From positions 1 to 28,290 of IMG/VR virus record IMGVR_UViG_3300046786_000192: 28,290 nt of DNA; one strand, 5' to 3'. Every line of letters begins with the position of its first letter. The first letter of the stretch is position 1. Below are positions 22,460-28,290 of this stretch, piece by piece. The stretch comes from a virus. Its lineage: Duplodnaviria; Caudoviricetes. The translations under genes and the position numbers were made by a program. A model generated the notes under the pieces. The model was not told where the DNA came from and searched no databases. It worked only from the letters and a program-made list of their open reading frames with translations.

Positions 22460-24190
22460 TTATTTAAAGCGACTTGAATTAAGTATTCTTGTTACTCTAT
22501 TTTGTGAATTTGTTACATCGCTCTCTAAAACATAGGCTTTTATAGCTTGATTTCCAAGTGCGTTAATTGTGCCTTGATTTAAAGAAGTAATTGTTTGTTG
22601 AATTTGTGAAGTTGGAGCAACCGGTGCAGTCATACCACTTTGAGTTGGATTTCCTCCACCAGAACTATTTGCATTTGCCCCTTTAATTATATTTCTTGCA
22701 GCAGCTATATTTGCTATGATTTTAGCAATACCTACTGCATATTTAGCAAATCCACTTAAACCACCAGTAGCTAAGTTATCTGGAGTAGGTGCAGATGAAG
22801 TTGCAGTTAAATTAGAAATAGAAATACCAGTATCAATAGCAATTTGAGCCAATGCTAATCCTTTTTGTAAATCAGTTCCTTGTTCAGCTGCATTTGCCAA
22901 TATGCCTAAAGCATCTCCAATTTCACTATATGCTTGTTTTCTTGCTTGAGCTTCTTTTTGTGCTAATTCAATATTCATGAAAGTAGTATCTTGATTTTTC
23001 AAGGTACTTTCTGCCCTAACTGCATCAAGAGTTTTATAAGCTAAACCCAACCTTTCAATAGCATTTATTTGCTTACCTTCAATTGTTTCAAGGTCTATTT
23101 TATCAATTTTCCCACCACCCTCAGTAGTAGTTTTTCCACCGGTAGCAGACTTCTTTAATGATAATTCATAACCAGCACGAGTATTTTGTAATGCTAATAT
23201 TTGCTTTTGTAATTCTTTATTTGCTCTATCTCCTTTGTCTTTAATGTCTTTAGGATCAAAAACCAATCCGGCAATACCCCCATAAAAACCTTTCTCAAGT
23301 CCAAATGTTTTACCGAATGCTTGACCAGCCATATCAATACCCCTCAATAATAATGTTATTGGAGCAGTTATGAATTTTAATACACCCTCTAAAATATCTT
23401 TATTTCTTTGAGCTGCTTTTATTTGAGCATTCTCAATAGCTATTTGTGATTGCAATTGAGCTTCTAAAGATTTAATTACTTGGTCGGTTTGTTTTATTTT
23501 AATTCCAAGTATTTCCTTTTCACTTTTACCTTGTAATTTTAATATATTATCTTGACTATTTAAGCTATCAAGTTTTTCCTTTTCTGTAGTAGCATTTTCT
23601 TGAGTCTTTGTATTTAGTTTATCTTGCTCCTCGCTTACTCCACTAATAGTACTTTTTATTTCATCCCAATAAGCTACAATAGCACCTAAAGCAACTACTA
23701 ATAAACCAATACCAGAAGCACCAATTGCAGCTTTTAAACCATTAAAAGCATCTACTGCTACTGTTTTTAAATTCTTAAAGCCTTGAATACCAGTATCTAA
23801 AAATGTATTTAAACCCTCCGATAAAGCTAAAGCCCCTTGTACTTTTAATAATGACTTTTGTAAATCTTCGCTTTCAACACCAAAAGAAGCCATTGCCCCT
23901 TGAACTGCTGCAAATGCTCCAGCTATACCTTGAACAGATTGAGATACTGCTTTAAATTTAGCATCTGGATTAAAAGCATCAGCCATTGATTTTGCATCGC
24001 CTATTCTATCTCTTAATTCGGCTACTCGTTTAGCTGCAGTTACTGCTTCTTGTGAATTTTGTCCAAATTTATCAGCCATCACAACCAAATCGTTGGTTGC
24101 ATCTCTTAACTGCTTCTTAATGCTACTAACTGACTCAACTGCTTGAGAAGAGTCAATTACTACCTTTGTACCTACTATATTATCTGCCAT
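22460..24190 (-). CDS. Tape-measure-like protein
   Basis: A/G/Q/K-rich helical and coiled-coil protein with hydrophobic stretches (GIGLLVVALGAIVAYW). Confidence 0.7.
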   Translation of the reverse strand: MADNIVGTKVVIDSSQAVESVSSIKKQLRDATNDLVVMADKFGQNSQEAVTAAKRVAELRDRIGDAKSMADAFNPDAKFKAVSQSVQGIAGAFAAVQGAMASFGVESEDLQKSLLKVQGALALSEGLNTFLDTGIQGFKNLKTVAVDAFNGLKAAIGASGIGLLVVALGAIVAYWDEIKSTISGVSEEQDKLNTKTQENATTEKEKLDSLNSQDNILKLQGKSEKEILGIKIKQTDQVIKSLEAQLQSQIAIENAQIKAAQRNKDILEGVLKFITAPITLLLRGIDMAGQAFGKTFGLEKGFYGGIAGLVFDPKDIKDKGDRANKELQKQILALQNTRAGYELSLKKSATGGKTTTEGGGKIDKIDLETIEGKQINAIERLGLAYKTLDAVRAESTLKNQDTTFMNIELAQKEAQARKQAYSEIGDALGILANAAEQGTDLQKGLALAQIAIDTGISISNLTATSSAPTPDNLATGGLSGFAKYAVGIAKIIANIAAARNIIKGANANSSGGGNPTQSGMTAPVAPTSQIQQTITSLNQGTINALGNQAIKAYVLESDVTNSQNRVTRILNSSRFK

Positions 24191-24191
24191 T

Positions 24192-26312
24192 TTAATAAAT
24201 TGTGTCTATTACTTTTAATAATTCTACTTTCGTAGGTTTCTCGCTTAATGGATCGTAACCATCTACTTTGTTTATTCTCCACATAGTTCCATCTATAAGT
24301 ATGTTTTTTGCAAAATCTAATGTTCTTATGTCCATGCTTGTTAAATGGAATTGAGCAGTAAGAATTGTACTATTAGGATCAGTTATTTCTGCAAAATATT
24401 GACTCCAGAAAGCATTAAATAACCCATAATTAATTGTGCTTCCGGATATATTATAGTAAATCTCTTTAGGAGATGCCCAACCAATTGACTGAAAATAAGT
24501 ACCATTTGCCGGTACTGTAGGATGTTCCCACATACCAGAATAAGGATAACGAGTGATTGAATTTTGAATAGTGCCACCACTTGTAGTTGATAACTTCCAA
24601 GAGCTTGAAACATTAATCATTTTAGTTTGTAGAATGCGAATATTACTTGCTTTAATATCTTGAGTTCCATTTACTGGATCATAAGTAGCTAAATAAGGAA
24701 TAATTTTCTCTTCTCCATTAGGTGCATAGTTTACAGTACTTGAAAATATAACCTCTAAATCTTCTTTGTCTTTAGCATATTCATATTCTGTATCATAACT
24801 AAAGTCCATAAAACCTTCGTTATATTTTTCTTTATATACTTTATTCCAATATGCATCATCTTGTTTAAATTTAAAATTAAATACTCTTGCATTTAATTCC
24901 CCCATTGGTTTTATTCTAACTTCTTGACTTCTATCAAGTTTGTCGCTCCAATCTAAACTTTCATTTAAGTAAAAATCTATATAAGGAGTGATTATCAACT
25001 TTTTAGCTATATTTTTATCCTCAATTACATAAAGATTGAACATTTTAAGAATTGAAGTGAAAAAGTCAGTTATTTTAATGTTTTTAGGAACACAATTGCT
25101 TATATCTAAAATATCGTTTATTTGAGCTGGAGTATCTACTGCAACTGAAGTAATAATATCCCATGTAGCTGACTCAAAAGATATATAAGGAGTAGTTGTT
25201 ACCCCAGAATATGGAGTATAATCTATAATAACTTTATAAATATCATTTGTAGTAAATGTATCGGATAAAGAGATTGATTTTCCATAACTATATAAACTAT
25301 TTAATGCCGGTACTTCAAAATTATCTAATGTTTTATCAAAAGCTCCATTTTTGTAAAGTTGCAATGAATAATATCCACCACCTTGTAATTTGATATTAAA
25401 ATAAAAATTAAAAGTACCATTTACAGTAGTAGCTCCAGTATATTGATATTGACCACTTCCAATGCTATTAAAATTTCTAAATGTTCCATAATACCATAAT
25501 ATAGTATAAGGTGCAGTTCCAGTATTGAATAGTACACTTGTATTCAAACTTAATAAACTATTTGTTTTAATTTTTAGCCTATCATCATTATTAGGTATAA
25601 CTATTGTTTTAAAAAAATCACTATCAAAAAATGAACAACTATAAGTATATCCACTTAAAGCAAATATCCTTTGTATGTATTCTCTTAAATAAACTGCCGG
25701 TCTTAATGCTTGTTCATGAAAATCATGAAATCCATCTACTTTCCCATAATTTATAAGTGGGTAAAAATACCCAATACCTGGATTGGTATTTCTATTATTC
25801 CAAGAAGCATTAATATTAGTCCAATTATAAGTATGGTTTAAATTACCAAAGTTTATATGTTCAAGATATTTAGTGCCTATTGAAGTATTATCTTGTGGAT
25901 TTGTAAAACCTTTACTCAACTCATAATAAAACCCACCTAATTCTCCAAATACTGCACATTCATATTCTGTATGATTAGCATACTTGACAACTTCCATAAC
26001 CCTTAATTTACCCTTAAAGATTTGAATATTGTCTACTAATATAATACAATTGCTTCCAACTGCTGCAGTATAATTCTCATTGACATTTGGTGCTTGAGTA
26101 TTTACATTCTCAATTGCTATAAACCTTCCAAGCTCGGATATATGGTTGAATATCTTATTATTCTTTTGAGTTCCTTGTATTACTATTGTCTTTGAATAGC
26201 TTGTATTCTTACTCCCAAAGTCCTTAACATCATCAATAACATAGCTAATCTCACAAGCTATATCGTTTGTTAAATCTAATTCAAAACCCTCTACAAATAT
26301 TTGTGTCCTCAT
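24192..26312 (-). CDS. Tail/baseplate structural protein
   Basis: 706-aa beta-rich protein (SYSKTIVIQGTQKNNKIF N-terminus) adjacent to the tape measure. Confidence 0.6.
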   Translation of the reverse strand: MRTQIFVEGFELDLTNDIACEISYVIDDVKDFGSKNTSYSKTIVIQGTQKNNKIFNHISELGRFIAIENVNTQAPNVNENYTAAVGSNCIILVDNIQIFKGKLRVMEVVKYANHTEYECAVFGELGGFYYELSKGFTNPQDNTSIGTKYLEHINFGNLNHTYNWTNINASWNNRNTNPGIGYFYPLINYGKVDGFHDFHEQALRPAVYLREYIQRIFALSGYTYSCSFFDSDFFKTIVIPNNDDRLKIKTNSLLSLNTSVLFNTGTAPYTILWYYGTFRNFNSIGSGQYQYTGATTVNGTFNFYFNIKLQGGGYYSLQLYKNGAFDKTLDNFEVPALNSLYSYGKSISLSDTFTTNDIYKVIIDYTPYSGVTTTPYISFESATWDIITSVAVDTPAQINDILDISNCVPKNIKITDFFTSILKMFNLYVIEDKNIAKKLIITPYIDFYLNESLDWSDKLDRSQEVRIKPMGELNARVFNFKFKQDDAYWNKVYKEKYNEGFMDFSYDTEYEYAKDKEDLEVIFSSTVNYAPNGEEKIIPYLATYDPVNGTQDIKASNIRILQTKMINVSSSWKLSTTSGGTIQNSITRYPYSGMWEHPTVPANGTYFQSIGWASPKEIYYNISGSTINYGLFNAFWSQYFAEITDPNSTILTAQFHLTSMDIRTLDFAKNILIDGTMWRINKVDGYDPLSEKPTKVELLKVIDTIY

Positions 26313-27475
26313 TATCTCAATTGAGTTTGTTGTGTTCCTAATAGAATGTCTATCTCTAAATTGAATATTTTATCTGCTCCTCTTTTCTTTTCTACCCAGT
26401 CGCTTGTTTCTATTGTTACCGGTATCATTATTGCATTGTTATCTATTTGAGCAAATACTTGAGGAGAAGCCAATAATTCTCTTAACCATAAAAAATCAGT
26501 TTCACTTATATAGTCGCTTACTAACTTAACCTTATGAGCCATTGTATTTGAGTAGTTAGTTTTAACCTCGCCTAAATATCCATTCGCCACTCTATCTAAA
26601 CTTACATCTCTGTCTAAACCACTTGAAGTAAGTGTAGTAATTAACCCTAATTTGCTTATAGATTGTCTTTCTATGTTTGTATTCACACGATTAACCCCAG
26701 AGAATAAAAAGCTCTCAAAACCACCAACTGCATTTAGAAAATGTAGCATAACTGGATTATTCTTTGAGCAATTTGTTTGCAAAGTTACAGTTGAACTTGG
26801 CATATTATTAATATCATCCCCATCCATATAATATCTAATTGAATGGCTATTAACTGCTAAATTCAAATCAGCTGAAGTTATTTTATGAAGATATATACCA
26901 TTACTACCAGAGTCAGCTTTGCTTATTAAACTTCCACCATTTATTGTATATGACAATTGTCCTCCAGAATAAACTGTACTTTTATAAAAAGGAACAAATA
27001 CACTATAATTTCCATATAACTGCAAAATCCTACTTTCATTTGAAGTAAAATATAAATTATCCCAATATGCACCACCTAAATCATTTTTTAGATCATCGTT
27101 TAAAAATGATGGGTAACCATACCAGGCATAACTCGTTTCAGTAACTACATTAGTAGTAATTACTCCACTTGTACTTTCTGTTCCATACTTTACTTGATAG
27201 GTAATATATGGCAAATACATTGAGCTTATATTGGCTTGTATATAGTTCTTTATTATTGGAGCTACATCAAGATAAGCATAAGTAGTTGAAGCAAATGTAA
27301 TAGCCTTATATTCTCTTAAAACCATTACTCCATTGATATAAACATCAAATATGTAACGATTGTATGAATATGGCAAAGAAACTACTTGATTTTCTCCGAA
27401 TGCATGAATGACTGGTCTGCATAAAGACCTCATTTGATTTATGGCATAATTGCCTTGTAAAACTGCTAAACTCAT
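26312..27475 (-). CDS. Tail structural protein
   Basis: 387 aa with FLNAVGGFESFLF and WLRELLASPQV motifs, translationally coupled. Confidence 0.55.
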   Translation of the reverse strand: MSLAVLQGNYAINQMRSLCRPVIHAFGENQVVSLPYSYNRYIFDVYINGVMVLREYKAITFASTTYAYLDVAPIIKNYIQANISSMYLPYITYQVKYGTESTSGVITTNVVTETSYAWYGYPSFLNDDLKNDLGGAYWDNLYFTSNESRILQLYGNYSVFVPFYKSTVYSGGQLSYTINGGSLISKADSGSNGIYLHKITSADLNLAVNSHSIRYYMDGDDINNMPSSTVTLQTNCSKNNPVMLHFLNAVGGFESFLFSGVNRVNTNIERQSISKLGLITTLTSSGLDRDVSLDRVANGYLGEVKTNYSNTMAHKVKLVSDYISETDFLWLRELLASPQVFAQIDNNAIMIPVTIETSDWVEKKRGADKIFNLEIDILLGTQQTQLR

Positions 27476-28107
27476 TATTTATTATTTTCCCATGAATTTT
27501 TAATTGCTACTTGTACTTCAAAACCTACTGCTTCGGATAAGTCCTTTTGGAACTCTGCTGAATTAAATAGTTTTAAAGCATTGTCAAAATAGTTTGTAGG
27601 TTGAATACCTTTCTTTTTTATACTTCTTGCAAATGCAGTCGCTAAACTTCTCAACTTGGTTGTTTGGCTTACTGTACTTCTTATTGATTTTCTTTTCTTT
27701 TCTAAACCAGATATTGTGTACTTATCACTTGGTCTTATATTATGTCTTGATATCCAACCTTGCATTGCATCTATCATTTTTTTAGATGCTCCTTTAGTTT
27801 TGAATTTATAAGGACTTCCACTTAAAGTTTTACCAACTCCAGCAACCCCTTGATTGACAAAGTCCCAATACTCTGCAGCTTTACTGTCTTTAGGATATCC
27901 AATTGTAACCATATAGCTTTTACCCAAATAAGTTACATCAAAAGTCATATCCAATAAAGCACCGGTATCAATCTTCTGCTTTGCTCTTAAATTCCTTTGT
28001 GCTGCTTCAATAAACTTCTTGGCATAGGTAGCTAACAAATCTTCTACCATATCCATTCTTCCGGTTGTAGTAAAATCTTGTTTATTATCTCCTATTGTGT
28101 AAACCAT
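27475..28107 (-). CDS. Putative neck/tail-completion protein (HK97 gp10-like)
   Basis: Basic protein with DTGAL, YWDFVNQGV and GIQPTNYF motifs. Confidence 0.55.
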   Translation of the reverse strand: MVYTIGDNKQDFTTTGRMDMVEDLLATYAKKFIEAAQRNLRAKQKIDTGALLDMTFDVTYLGKSYMVTIGYPKDSKAAEYWDFVNQGVAGVGKTLSGSPYKFKTKGASKKMIDAMQGWISRHNIRPSDKYTISGLEKKRKSIRSTVSQTTKLRSLATAFARSIKKKGIQPTNYFDNALKLFNSAEFQKDLSEAVGFEVQVAIKNSWENNK

Positions 28108-28290
28108 TTATTTTAAGTTTTTAATCTGTTGTTGCTCGTAATCTTGTTTCGCTTTCAAATATGCTAAATCATTTAAGAATTGAAGTATCGGCATATCGTA
28201 TACCTCATCTAACTTTACTCTTTCGTGTTCGGCAACAATTGCTGCTTGATAGATCCAGCCATAAGTGTCCATAAACCGTTTACCACTTTC
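28108..28290 (-). CDS. 3' end of a hypothetical (possibly tail-chaperone-like) protein
   Basis: Manually translated ...ESGKRFMDTYGWIYQAAIVAEHERVKLDEVYDMPILQFLNDLAYLKAKQDYEQQQIKNLK. The stop abuts the next ATG. Confidence 0.65.
   Translation of the reverse strand, partial: ESGKRFMDTYGWIYQAAIVAEHERVKLDEVYDMPILQFLNDLAYLKAKQDYEQQQIKNLK

Noticed and set aside
24383-24613. Alternative-frame ORF inside the 706-aa tail gene
   Set aside because: It is fully nested, has no recognisable features and is likely a chance ORF.
1-28290. CRISPR array, integrase/att site, IS element or stop-codon reassignment
   Set aside because: No regularly spaced repeats, recombinase or transposase motifs were seen. Genes are full length and densely packed under the standard bacterial code.

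Overview
This is an AT-rich (about 30% GC by eye) segment of a tailed dsDNA phage, with every credible gene on the minus strand. The host is very likely in Bacteroidota, judging by TAnnTTTG -7 promoter boxes, an A-rich AACT-ATG start context without Shine-Dalgarno sites, and the gene families present. In transcription order (right to left) it carries: neck and tail genes with a tape-measure-like protein; an XkdF-type prohead protease, scaffold, major capsid, tail tube and an extended portal; adaptor and terminator; a GTA-like head-spike base with an internally duplicated fibre; and a lysis cassette (two holin-like ORFs, a u-spanin-like lipoprotein and a GH24 endolysin). A metallophosphoesterase follows. 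The early/middle region then has a DnaA-C-like HTH, ERF, YqaJ exonuclease, replication initiator, VRR-NUC, Nmad1-like, sigma-like, HAD-like, ParB-like, HNH and a TerS-like gene. No integrase, TerL, reverse transcriptase or CRISPR array is visible. The most interesting signals are non-coding. (1) Directly 5' of the replication initiator are two hairpins with perfectly complementary 7-nt loops, overlapped by a 9-aa leader ORF. (2) A cluster holds two related tRNA-scaffold RNAs with non-canonical inserts plus a switch-like structure. (3) A 40-bp promoter/leader element is duplicated 11 kb apart, and a palindrome overlaps the -33 box of three promoters. All protein calls come from motif recognition and gene context, not database searches.
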